From an uncultured Pseudomonadales bacterium (GTDB taxonomy: Bacteria; Patescibacteriota; Microgenomatia; UBA1400; PJMF01): DNA of 61,319 nt. The stretch lies in the NCBI GenBank assembly GCA_964494905.1, contig CAZBTU010000003.1, positions 1-61,319 on the forward strand. The letters are read 5' to 3'. Below, one piece after another: positions 36,139-45,198 of this stretch. The position numbers and the translations under genes were made by a program. The notes below the pieces were generated by a model, which worked only from the letters and a program-made list of their open reading frames with translations, made no database searches and was not told the origin of the DNA. The stretch's first letter is position 1, and every line of letters begins with the position of its first letter.

Positions 36139-37383
36139 CTACTTACCCAAAAAGGCGCGCCGGTAAACTGCAGCAATGCGCTCAGCAGCTCTGGTCCAGG
36201 TAACTTGCTCAATATCTTTGAGTTGGGTGGCGACTTGTTGGGCGTGCTGCTTTGGATTGCTCAGGAGCGAAACCACCGTTTCCACCATTTTATCAACATC
36301 CCAGAAATCAACAGCGACACTGCCTGACAACACCTCACTCACGCCTGCATTTTTAGACACAATGACAGGAGTGTGTCGCTGCGCTGCCTCAAGTGCAACT
36401 AAGCCAAAGGGCTCAGAAACTGAAGGCATCACAAAAAGATCAGCTCTGTCAAGAAGTCTTTCTCGTTGTGTATCGCGCAAGAAACCACTGAACAGTACTG
36501 ATGCCGATAACTGGTCGTATGCAGAGCGGAATAACAAATCGTGGTACATGTCACCAGAACCTGCAACGACAAATAGTACATCTGGAATCTGCTGGATAAC
36601 CTTCCTGGCTACTGCTAAAAAGTACTCAACCCCTTTTTGTAGGGTCAGTCGTCCCATATATGCCACCACTGGGCGTTTGGGAGCAAATGCCTGTTTTTTC
36701 GGCGGATGAAACACCATTGGATCAATGCCATTGTGAACAACTGAAATCTTACTGTCAGCAATACCATATTGTTGGCTTAGCAAACGTTTGGTGTAGTAAC
36801 TAACAGCAATGATGTGGTCTGCTGCTTGCATACCAGTTTGCTCGATCTGGGCAATCATTTGATTTCCGGCACGTAAACCAGCCCTGTCATACTCTGTTGA
36901 GTGAATGTGAGCAATCATTGGTTTGCCTGATTTTTGCCTCAGTTGTGCAGCAGCCGGGAGCGACATCCAGTCATGTGCATGAATTACGTCAAAATCTTGT
37001 TTGAGAGAAATGCCTTTTTGCACTACTTGCTCCGCATACTGAGCAACTTTTTCTTCTAGTTCTGACTGTGGTAACAGTCGCATTGTATCAATATCAGTAT
37101 TTCCGTCAAAGTTTGTCGCAATCTGATGCGCTGTTTCATAGACGTTGAGTGGTGGTTGAAACTGCAGGCTGGGTTGAGCGCTAAACCAACGAGGATCCGA
37201 GCAGTCCAATACCTGCATGTGACCAATTGGCTCGTCGTGGTGGTAGGGTAGAGCAAAATGAATTGGAGTTTGCTGACTTGCCATAGCTTTGGTCATGCCG
37301 GCACAGGCAACACCCAATCCGCCACTATTGTGGGGAGGGTACTCCCAACCAATCATAAAAACTCGCTGCGTATCATTCTGCAT
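36139..37383 (-). CDS. GT-B glycosyltransferase (GT4/GT5, glycogen-synthase-like)
   Basis: N-terminal GWEYPPHNSGGLGVA (like the glycogen synthase GGLGDV region) and C-terminal PSVSEPFGLVALEA (Ex7E region). Confidence 0.7.
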   Translation of the reverse strand: MQNDTQRVFMIGWEYPPHNSGGLGVACAGMTKAMASQQTPIHFALPYHHDEPIGHMQVLDCSDPRWFSAQPSLQFQPPLNVYETAHQIATNFDGNTDIDTMRLLPQSELEEKVAQYAEQVVQKGISLKQDFDVIHAHDWMSLPAAAQLRQKSGKPMIAHIHSTEYDRAGLRAGNQMIAQIEQTGMQAADHIIAVSYYTKRLLSQQYGIADSKISVVHNGIDPMVFHPPKKQAFAPKRPVVAYMGRLTLQKGVEYFLAVARKVIQQIPDVLFVVAGSGDMYHDLLFRSAYDQLSASVLFSGFLRDTQRERLLDRADLFVMPSVSEPFGLVALEAAQRHTPVIVSKNAGVSEVLSGSVAVDFWDVDKMVETVVSLLSNPKQHAQQVATQLKDIEQVTWTRAAERIAAVYRRAFLGK

Positions 37384-37515
37384 CGAACGCTACTTTCCAT
37401 CTGGTGGCTCGCAAAAACACACCGCTGAGCATAGTGTGAATCCAGTGTAGCTCTTTTCTGTAGATAAGTTCAAGCGGAGTTTGACTTAAAAGCTTGATGG
37501 TTACATGCCACTGTA

Positions 37516-38238
37516 CTACTCAAGTAACTCTGGGATCCTGTCTGCATAATCGACTCTGTATTCGCCAACAGCAGTTCTACGCAACCCCACCATAACTGCT
37601 CCAACCCCCAGCGCTTGCCCCATGTCGTGTATTAGCGAACGAATATATGTACCAGAACTCACGTGCACCCTGCCTCTTATGACAAGTTTTCTTGTGCCCA
37701 AAGAATCAGCTCTATCTTCTTGCCACTGCATGGAGAGCAGTTCATGTTGAAAAACAGTAATATCTCGACTGGGAAGTAGGGACATATCTAGATTACCCGA
37801 CCGTGCCAACTCGTATAGCTTTTTGCCCCTACGCTTGACAGCAGAAAAAGCTGGCACGACTTGTGTTAGATTTCCAGTAAATTGTTGTATCACTTGTTCA
37901 ACTTGCTGCTGCGTAATCGACTGTAGCTCAGATTGTGTTGCGATGACTTGAAGCTCACCAGTGCAGTCATACGTGTCAGAAGTTAAACCAAGTTGAGCTT
38001 CATAGTCGTACCATTTATCGAGCTTAAGAAACTCACTTTGTCGCTTCGTAGCCTGTCGCCCAACCAAAATAATCAAAAGTCCTGTTGCTAGCGGATCAAG
38101 CGTGCCGCTGTGCCCAACTCGTTTTTCCCCTGTTTGCCGACGAACCCAATTGACGACCTGGTGACTAGACCATCCCTGTGGTTTATCAACTAACCACACA
38201 TCTGTGTCCCTGCCTGTTTCTGTAAGTATCATATGCAC
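37516..38238 (-). CDS. truB: tRNA pseudouridine(55) synthase
   Basis: VGHSGTLDPLATGLLIILVG contains the catalytic Asp motif of TruB. Confidence 0.85.
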   Translation of the reverse strand: MHMILTETGRDTDVWLVDKPQGWSSHQVVNWVRRQTGEKRVGHSGTLDPLATGLLIILVGRQATKRQSEFLKLDKWYDYEAQLGLTSDTYDCTGELQVIATQSELQSITQQQVEQVIQQFTGNLTQVVPAFSAVKRRGKKLYELARSGNLDMSLLPSRDITVFQHELLSMQWQEDRADSLGTRKLVIRGRVHVSSGTYIRSLIHDMGQALGVGAVMVGLRRTAVGEYRVDYADRIPELLE

Positions 38239-38289
38239 TGCATAGTATAATTCTTTAGTTGCCTTTCAAATACTGTTACACTGTAGGTA

Positions 38290-39186
38290 ATGCCCATCAA
38301 ACATGTACTCAAGGGTGAGCGTATGGCAGTTACTGCTCACCGACACCCAAGCTCCATAGCCGATTTGAACCAAGTTGCTCTTCGCATCAGGAGGCTCATC
38401 ATTCGCATGCTGCTCAAAGCAGGGAGTGGGCATAGTGCTGGCCCGTTAGGAATGGCTGATGTATTCACGGCACTGTACTTTGCAGTTCTCCGGCACCGTC
38501 CCAACCAACCACAGTGGGACGGCCGTGATCGGGTCATTCTTTCCAATGGTCACATCTGCCCTGTGCTCTATGCAACCCTTGCCGAAGCAGGTTACTTTCC
38601 AAAAAAAGAAGTGCTGACACTGCGAGCATTTCAATCTCGTTTGCAAGGTCATCCTCACTTGGGATCACTACCAGGAGTTGAAAACACTTCTGGGCCACTC
38701 GGCCAAGGTCTTTCCCAGGCAGCTGGACTTGCGCTTGGCCTGCGAATCGATAATAAAAAAAACCGGGTGTACTGCTTACTCAGTGACGGTGAACATCAGG
38801 AGGGACAAACTTGGGAGGCTTATATGTTCGCAGCGGCCAACCGACTCACGAACTTAACTGTCTTAATTGACCGTAATAACATCCAAATTGATGGATACAC
38901 TGAGGACATTATGCCCCTACATCCTCTGGAGAAAAAAATCGAGAGCTTCGGCTGGCAAGTATTTGAAGTTGATGGTCATAACATCCAAGCGGTCATCGAT
39001 ACAGTTCACCAGGCACATGCAATCCAAGAGCAACCTACAGCCATCATCTGCAACACTATTCCCGGAAAGGGTGTGAGCTTTATGGAAAACAACTATGTTT
39101 GGCACGGAAAGCCTCCTCATTCCGATGAGGCAAAACGCGCACTCAGAGAATTGCGAAGCTTGCAAGGAAGTATATGGTGGGAGTAA
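38290..39186 (+). CDS. Transketolase, N-terminal (TPP-binding) subunit
   Basis: GHSAGPLGMADV, SNGH and LLSDGEHQEGQTWEA (TPP-binding GDG-like motif). Split-gene form. An alternative ATG lies at 38323. Confidence 0.85.
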   Translation: MPIKHVLKGERMAVTAHRHPSSIADLNQVALRIRRLIIRMLLKAGSGHSAGPLGMADVFTALYFAVLRHRPNQPQWDGRDRVILSNGHICPVLYATLAEAGYFPKKEVLTLRAFQSRLQGHPHLGSLPGVENTSGPLGQGLSQAAGLALGLRIDNKKNRVYCLLSDGEHQEGQTWEAYMFAAANRLTNLTVLIDRNNIQIDGYTEDIMPLHPLEKKIESFGWQVFEVDGHNIQAVIDTVHQAHAIQEQPTAIICNTIPGKGVSFMENNYVWHGKPPHSDEAKRALRELRSLQGSIWWE

Positions 39187-40139
39187 GAAACAATCAGTCA
39201 CAGCAAGTCAGTACCAGAGACGGGTTCGGTCAGGGTTTGTTGGAAGCTGCACAAGATAATCAAGCTATTGTTGGGCTGTGTGCAGATTTAACAGAGTCTG
39301 TCCGTATGAATTGGTTTGCTCAAATGTTCCCAGACCGTTTCATTGAAGTTGGCGTTGCTGAACAGAACCTTGTCGGCTTGGCAGCTGGTCTAGCACTAGC
39401 TGGCAAGCATCCCTTTGCCGCAAGCTATGCCACATTTAGTCCAGGCAACAATTGGGGACCAATACGTTCAAGCATTTGCTACTCGAACCTATCTGTTACT
39501 CTCGTGGGCGGCCATACAGGTATTGCAATCGGGCCCGATGGGGCAACTCACCAGGGACTGGAAGACATTGCGCTCATGAGAGTGTTACCAAATATGACGG
39601 TTGTGGTTCCAGCTGATAGGGAGGAAGCCAGAAAAGCTACGAAAGCTTTGTCACAGCTCAACTCACCAAGCTATCTTCGCATCAGTAAGTACGAGGGACC
39701 AGCAGTAACTGCACCAGATACTCCGTTTGAACTCGGTACAAGTATCGAACTGAGATCAGGAACGGACGTATGTCTGATTGCTTGCGGCACAATGGTATCA
39801 ACCGCACTCGAAACCGCATCCATGTTGGCGAAAAAAAATATCAGTGCTCAAGTAGTGAACATGCACACTATTAAGCCCATCGATACCAAACGACTTCGCG
39901 GTGTGTTTTCACACAAAAAACTTGTTGTTTCACTTGAGGATCACCAAGTCGCTGGTGGTTTGGGTTCAGCTATTGCCGAAGAAGTTTCACAGTTCTCACA
40001 GAAAGCCAGGTTGCTGCGTATTGGCATTAATGATGCGTTTGGCCAATCTGGTAGTGCAGATGATCTACTTGAAGCATATGGTCTGACTGCAAGTCAGATT
40101 ACCCAAGCACTCATCCAATCACTCAACAATAATCTTTAA
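39174..40139 (+). CDS. Transketolase, C-terminal (pyrimidine-binding) subunit
   Basis: GVAEQNLVGLAAGLALAG and GPDGATHQGLEDIALMRVLPNM. 13-nt overlap with the N-terminal subunit gene. Confidence 0.85.
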   Translation: MVGVRNNQSQQVSTRDGFGQGLLEAAQDNQAIVGLCADLTESVRMNWFAQMFPDRFIEVGVAEQNLVGLAAGLALAGKHPFAASYATFSPGNNWGPIRSSICYSNLSVTLVGGHTGIAIGPDGATHQGLEDIALMRVLPNMTVVVPADREEARKATKALSQLNSPSYLRISKYEGPAVTAPDTPFELGTSIELRSGTDVCLIACGTMVSTALETASMLAKKNISAQVVNMHTIKPIDTKRLRGVFSHKKLVVSLEDHQVAGGLGSAIAEEVSQFSQKARLLRIGINDAFGQSGSADDLLEAYGLTASQITQALIQSLNNNL

Positions 40140-40763
40140 GCGAGCCCCATCGAGTTGTGCCCTTTCTCCGTTCGACGATCGGATCTGGACCACATATTGG
40201 TTTATGCCACTTGGAAGCTGAAAGGGAATAGACTGACGCCACTGTGAAACACTGGTGTTGTTATTAACTTCTGATGCGTGAAAGATCAAGCCTGAACTCA
40301 GGTTCTTAAGGCGAGCACGAACTTCACCAGAAACTATGGAAAGCGTCGCCTCAAAAACAACACTTTTTACCCGACCATACTGCGCCAAATCAATTGATGC
40401 CGTGGTACCACTCAAATCAGACCAATCCCGACCAGTCGTCGAACCTGTCCCTAAATAAACAAAGTACTCCTTGACCTGACTTTCAACCACCGATGTTGCT
40501 TTTTGTTTGCCTTGTGTCGGCTTTGCCTGCTCAGCACCCAAACTCGCCACTGTCACTTGCAACTCAGCAACTTGCTTCTGCAACGCCTCAACCTGCGCCG
40601 AAAAAGTTGCAGTCTGATCTAAAATCTCAACTGGCTGTCGAGGCTCAACCACTGACACCAGTTCATCTTTGCTACTTCTCAGTGATAACCAAACAGCAAT
40701 TCCCGAACAGACAGTTGCTGCCACTGCCATGCTCATGGCAACCATGCCTATAGTGTTTCGCAT
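40119..40763 (-). CDS. Membrane-anchored hypothetical protein (N-terminal TM helix, coiled coil, beta-rich C-terminal domain)
   Basis: ORF with TM segment MVAMSMAVAATVCSGIAVWL and QVEALQKQVAELQ. No motif recognised. Confidence 0.5.
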   Translation of the reverse strand: MRNTIGMVAMSMAVAATVCSGIAVWLSLRSSKDELVSVVEPRQPVEILDQTATFSAQVEALQKQVAELQVTVASLGAEQAKPTQGKQKATSVVESQVKEYFVYLGTGSTTGRDWSDLSGTTASIDLAQYGRVKSVVFEATLSIVSGEVRARLKNLSSGLIFHASEVNNNTSVSQWRQSIPFQLPSGINQYVVQIRSSNGERAQLDGARLKIIVE

Positions 40764-40820
40764 AACCCCAGTATAGCCTAACTAGCTTGCCTTTTTAACG
40801 AGAAGTGCCATACTGGTGAC

Positions 40821-41747
40821 ATGGAATGCAAAGCAACTAAAGTCAGTATTGTTGGTTGTGGCAACGTTGGTATGACCGCTGCATACTCGATGCTTCACCA
40901 TGGTGGCATCGATGAGCTATTGCTAGTCGGACGAGATCGAGAAAAATTGATCGGTGAAGAGCTAGACCTGGAACACGGCATGAGCTTCCTACATCCAGTC
41001 AAGGTTCGCTCTACCGATGACTATAAAGACATTGCCGGCAGTGATGTGATTGTGATTACTGCTGGTGCTGCCCAGAAACCTGGGGAGACACGACTAGAAC
41101 TTACAGCAAAAAACTCCCGAATAATCGAAGATATTATGCTTGAAATTGTCAAGTATGCCCCTGGTGCAATAGTGTTGATTGTATCAAATCCAGTCGATGT
41201 GCTGACATATCGAGCGTACCGAGTGGCAGGGTGGCCTAAGGGTCGTATCTTTGGCTCTGGTACTACACTGGACACTGCCAGATTTCGCTTTCATCTCTCT
41301 GAGTTCCTCAAGGTTCATCCTAAAAGCATTCATGCATATATCTTGGGTGAACATGGTGACAACTCATTCCCAGCGTTAAGCGGAGCAACCGTTGGCGGTC
41401 AACCTCTATCCGCATTTCCTGAGTTTTCCGAGGACAAAGCCCGAAAGGCATATGAACTAGCCCGCACAGCTGCCTATAAAATTATTGCTAGCAAAGGCTC
41501 GACCTTTTACGCAATCGGAGTAGTAATTTCGCATATCGTATCAGCAATCTTAAACAACTCCCGTTCGGTTTTGCCGGTTTCGATTCCACTCCACAATTAC
41601 TTTGGCATTAGTGGTATCGCCTTGAGTGTACCCTGTGTTGTGGGCAGAGAAGGGGTAACCCAAACATTGCAAACCAAACTGAATTGGGAAGAGAAACAAC
41701 AACTAGAGAAAGCTGCTGAGACATTAAAGCAGTACTTGATAGTGTAG
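40821..41747 (+). CDS. ldh: L-lactate dehydrogenase
   Basis: VSIVGCGNVGMT Rossmann motif. ITAGAAQKPGETR has Gln at the LDH/MDH discriminating position. GEHGDNS present. Confidence 0.85.
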   Translation: MECKATKVSIVGCGNVGMTAAYSMLHHGGIDELLLVGRDREKLIGEELDLEHGMSFLHPVKVRSTDDYKDIAGSDVIVITAGAAQKPGETRLELTAKNSRIIEDIMLEIVKYAPGAIVLIVSNPVDVLTYRAYRVAGWPKGRIFGSGTTLDTARFRFHLSEFLKVHPKSIHAYILGEHGDNSFPALSGATVGGQPLSAFPEFSEDKARKAYELARTAAYKIIASKGSTFYAIGVVISHIVSAILNNSRSVLPVSIPLHNYFGISGIALSVPCVVGREGVTQTLQTKLNWEEKQQLEKAAETLKQYLIV

Positions 41748-41751
41748 TATT

Positions 41752-42597
41752 TTAAACCTGACATCCGGGGCAGTAGTATGTCCCCCGACCCGCCAGCTTG
41801 ACCTTAGCGAGTGATACCCCACAGTTATAGCAGGGGAGGCCTTCGCGGCTGTATACAAGCACAACATTTTGATACTGCCCGGCAAACCCTTCGATATTTC
41901 TATAGTGGTCAATAGTTGCACCTCCGAGCTCGATCCCACGCCAGATTACTGTCAGAGCTGCTTCATAGAGACATTCGGCCTCTTGTTCAGACAGCGACTT
42001 GGCAGGACGCCAGGGATCAATCTGCGCTAAGTTCAAAGCATCACAAGCGTATATGTTGCCCACACCGCTGACTATGCCTCCATCCATCAATACCACTTTG
42101 ACTGGTCGTGCAGTTTTTTGGAAAGCATCGTACAGTTTCATGGCTGTAAATGATGGATCGATAATGTCCAGACCTAGTTTTTTATATTCGACTTCGACCT
42201 GACCATCGTCCATCACTTTCCACCAGCCAAACAAACGCTGATCATTAAAAAACAAGGTAGCATCATCACTCAGTTGAACCATAATCCGAGTGTGTTTAGA
42301 AGGAAGCTCACTCACCCAGTCAGCTGTCGGATGTCCACCGCCAATGTGCGTTTGGAGGTCAGTGTAAATGAGCTGACCCGTCATTTTCAGGTGAATCAAA
42401 ATGTTGATTTGTTCTGGGAAATGCAGTCGGATTATTTTTGCTTTTCTGCTAATACCAATGATTTGCTTGCCAATCAGCTGTCGAAAATCACCCTTCATGC
42501 TCTTGGGATGAAGCACAGATAGATTGGTGACTCTCTTACCAACTATGTGGGCTTTCAACTTACAGGTAATTGTCTCAACTTCTGGTAATTCTGGCAT
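41752..42597 (-). CDS. mutM: Formamidopyrimidine-DNA glycosylase
   Basis: N-terminal MPELPEVE and C-terminal zinc finger CYNCG...YYCPGCQ. Confidence 0.88.
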   Translation of the reverse strand: MPELPEVETITCKLKAHIVGKRVTNLSVLHPKSMKGDFRQLIGKQIIGISRKAKIIRLHFPEQINILIHLKMTGQLIYTDLQTHIGGGHPTADWVSELPSKHTRIMVQLSDDATLFFNDQRLFGWWKVMDDGQVEVEYKKLGLDIIDPSFTAMKLYDAFQKTARPVKVVLMDGGIVSGVGNIYACDALNLAQIDPWRPAKSLSEQEAECLYEAALTVIWRGIELGGATIDHYRNIEGFAGQYQNVVLVYSREGLPCYNCGVSLAKVKLAGRGTYYCPGCQV

Positions 42598-42664
42598 TTC
42601 ATTGAGTGATTATATACGAGATCAACACACCAGTGAAAACCATAAAGAAAGATCATTCAGTGCA

Positions 42665-42691
42665 AAAAATCCCGCTAATAGAGGGATTTTT
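42665..42691 (-). terminator. Hairpin terminator downstream of tRNA-Lys
   Basis: AAAAATCCC-9 nt-GGGATTTTT. Read on the minus strand, it directly follows the tRNA 3' end. Confidence 0.55.
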
Positions 42692-42700
42692 CGCAATTTG

Positions 42701-42774
42701 TGAGTCCGCCGGGACTCGAACCCGGGACGCACAGCTTAAAAGGCTGTCGCTCTAACCGACTGAGCTACGGACCC
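42701..42774 (-). tRNA. tRNA-Lys (anticodon UUU)
   Basis: The reverse complement folds as a cloverleaf: GGGTCCG-TA-GCTC-AGTCGGTTA-GAGC-G-ACAGC-CTTTTAA-GCTGT-GCGTC-CCGGG-TTCGAGT-CCCGG-CGGACTC-A. 74 nt, CCA not encoded. Confidence 0.93.
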
Positions 42775-43025
42775 ACTGCTAAGCATGCTGTACACAAGAA
42801 TGCACACAACAATCAGACGAAGCAGTGTATTATATCAGCACATTACTGCTTGTTTCCATCAGATTGTGCATACGAAAGTACAGTTTACAAGTTGCCGGTA
42901 CAAATCAGTATACACTCCAAGTGATGTATAGACAATTTTCTGTTTCACAGTTCTCACTCTTGCAATACACCTCTTTTTTTTTCATACTATGCAGGCTTTG
43001 ACCCACTGCTGTTACTCGTATCAAG

Positions 43026-43034
43026 TGCTATAAT
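43026..43034 (+). promoter_or_regulatory. Extended -10 promoter (TGcTATAAT)
   Basis: TGCTATAAT lies 10 nt before the ATG at 43045. It overlaps the track start at 43033, which is therefore unlikely to be the true start. Confidence 0.5.
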
Positions 43035-43044
43035 GTTCTTGCCC

Positions 43045-45027
43045 ATGTTAAACACTCAAAAGCTGCTCTATATTCTCTCAGACGTTTCATACGTAGTGGA
43101 ACTGCTACCAACTAAAAAAGAGCACACATTTGCCGTCCAGACCTTCCGACAAATCAACGGTGAGTTCATGGATGATAATACATTCATCACTAATAACGTC
43201 GTTAAACTCCTGAGCAAGCTTGAACCTGACGAGTACCATCTAATACTTCCCGATTTTCTCTTTACTAATACCATCATTAGCGTCGAAGCTAAGTCAGACA
43301 CAAAAATTAAAGAGTATCTCAAGTCAAAACTTCTTCCCAGCCTTGGCATCTCAAACGACACACATGAGATCGAGACCCTCGTTCTTGCCGAGTTTAAAGG
43401 TAATTCTAAAGTTCAGCTCTCTGCCATTGAAAAAGAGATATTGGCACCAATTCGAGTGGCTGTGGCTCAACAAAGTGCCAAGGTCAAAGCTATTTCCCCA
43501 CTAAGCTGGACAATAAAGTCACTGGTCTCTCTTGAACCTTCTATTAGTGTTATTCAAATCGGCTCAAAACTTTACAGTGCTCAGCACTATATTGGTATAG
43601 ACCAAACAAACATGGCTGATGTCGGTGATACAGAGACTATTGCCGAAACAATCAAGACCTTAAAGGGTGGCGAGCCAAATATTCAGACTGTCTATCTGCT
43701 CACCAACCAACTGGTTGAGGATTCACTCAAATCAACATTATCTAGCACAATACCACTTCAGCAACTCGCATCATATAAAGATGAAGACAGTCAAATGCCT
43801 TCATATGTCAAAGAAATTATTGAAGCAGGAATGAAAACACTATCCATTAGTGATTATCCTGTCCCGAAGTTCTCACTAGGGAAACCAAGCGACGAAGAAA
43901 AAGCAGCTGTTGTACTCGCCCAAACAACTGCCAAAGAAAAAAACAAACCAGACGACGAAGCAGTTGAGGAAGTCAGCGCGCCCCAATTATTAGCAAGCGA
44001 GACGAGCCATCAAGAAAAACTTGAGGCTGGTGATGACATCCCTCCACTTCCCGGCCCTTCAACACCCCAAATTGGCGTAGTACCTATTGTATTAAATACC
44101 GACAGTGAATCAGTTGAGCACGAAGAAAAGACTTCGATCACTGCTTTAAAAGACGGAGATGACGAATCGTCTGATATTGACACAAAAAACAGTACTCAGA
44201 GCTCTGAACCTTTACCAAGCGAAAGAGCATTGACTAAGGAACAGCCTATGCCCACAGACTCAATTGACTCCATCTCAGAAAAGCTACCAGCATCCTCCGC
44301 CACACCTGAATCAATAAATCCTGAGCCAAGCACAGCCATTACAGCAGACGACGAATCGTCCTTGGACAACACGCTTGCCAATTTTGTCCCAGTTAAAACA
44401 ACATCAGAAACTGGAAGTGCATTAGCTGGGGAGTCAACAATCCCTAATACAACTAAGTCAACAGTTACAACAACTGGAACTGTTCCAACCGGGAAAGACA
44501 ACTCGGGAGTAATCAAAAATACCTCAGGAGTGAGTACTATGCTCAAAATGGTCTTCATTACGTTAGCCGTTTTCTTTGCAACAGTGGCTGTAGGAGTTGG
44601 AGTTGGTCTCGGTTTGCTTCAGTTCAGTAACAAAGAAACAAATACTGGTACTCCTGTTGCAAGCCCAATCGCCGACGCAAGTCCTGAGCCAACCATCGAG
44701 CCTTCCCCCAGTGCTTCCCCTGCTGCTGCCATCGACCCTAGCAAGATCAAGCTGTTAGTTGTGAACGCAACGACAAAGGCGGGATATGCTGGAACCATAA
44801 AAACTGCACTAGAAAAGGCAAAGTTCACAGGAGTTGCAGCTGGAAATGCCAAAGGTGAATATGAGGATACCACTAATTATTTATTAGTGAGTGAAGAATT
44901 GGCTGGTTTAGAAACAATCATTGAGGAAGCAACTGATCTGACATTTGAGGTAGTTTCTGATGCCGATGAAAAGACAGTGGAAGACAGTAAAAATACTTAT
45001 GACGCGGTGGTCGTTCTATCTGAGTAG
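43045..45027 (+). CDS. Membrane protein with a long Ser/Thr/Pro/Glu-rich linker, one TM helix and a C-terminal LytR_C-like domain
   Basis: TM segment MLKMVFITLAVFFATVAVGVGVGLGLL. C-terminal KLLVVNATTKAGYAGTIKTALEKAKFTGVAAGNAKGEYEDTTNYLLV matches the LytR C-terminal domain pattern. Confidence 0.6.
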   Translation: MLNTQKLLYILSDVSYVVELLPTKKEHTFAVQTFRQINGEFMDDNTFITNNVVKLLSKLEPDEYHLILPDFLFTNTIISVEAKSDTKIKEYLKSKLLPSLGISNDTHEIETLVLAEFKGNSKVQLSAIEKEILAPIRVAVAQQSAKVKAISPLSWTIKSLVSLEPSISVIQIGSKLYSAQHYIGIDQTNMADVGDTETIAETIKTLKGGEPNIQTVYLLTNQLVEDSLKSTLSSTIPLQQLASYKDEDSQMPSYVKEIIEAGMKTLSISDYPVPKFSLGKPSDEEKAAVVLAQTTAKEKNKPDDEAVEEVSAPQLLASETSHQEKLEAGDDIPPLPGPSTPQIGVVPIVLNTDSESVEHEEKTSITALKDGDDESSDIDTKNSTQSSEPLPSERALTKEQPMPTDSIDSISEKLPASSATPESINPEPSTAITADDESSLDNTLANFVPVKTTSETGSALAGESTIPNTTKSTVTTTGTVPTGKDNSGVIKNTSGVSTMLKMVFITLAVFFATVAVGVGVGLGLLQFSNKETNTGTPVASPIADASPEPTIEPSPSASPAAAIDPSKIKLLVVNATTKAGYAGTIKTALEKAKFTGVAAGNAKGEYEDTTNYLLVSEELAGLETIIEEATDLTFEVVSDADEKTVEDSKNTYDAVVVLSE

Positions 45028-45071
45028 TTCTTTTGTAGCATGCAATGTGTAAAAAGTATGTAAACTGTATC

Positions 45072-45099
45072 TTGCTCCCAATAAAAAAATAGGTATAAT
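45072..45099 (+). promoter_or_regulatory. Candidate sigma70-type promoter of the atp operon
   Basis: TTGCTC (45072-45077), 16 nt, TATAAT (45094-45099), about 95 nt upstream of atpB. Confidence 0.45.
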
Positions 45100-45198
45100 T
45101 CACTTTGGTTGTTTCATTTTCAGAGTTTTTTATTTAGTTAGCGTGTATTCGAAAACAGTACAAAGTATACACATGGTGTTAAACATCTAATACAAAAT

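Noticed and set aside
42700-42924. 74-aa plus-strand ORF
   Set aside because: It is the antisense reading of tRNA-Lys plus promoter DNA. The tRNA cloverleaf explains the region.
42998-43003. TTGACC as the -35 element for the gene at 43045
   Set aside because: It is 25 nt from the TATAAT, outside the 16-18 nt window. The TGn-extended -10 can function without it.
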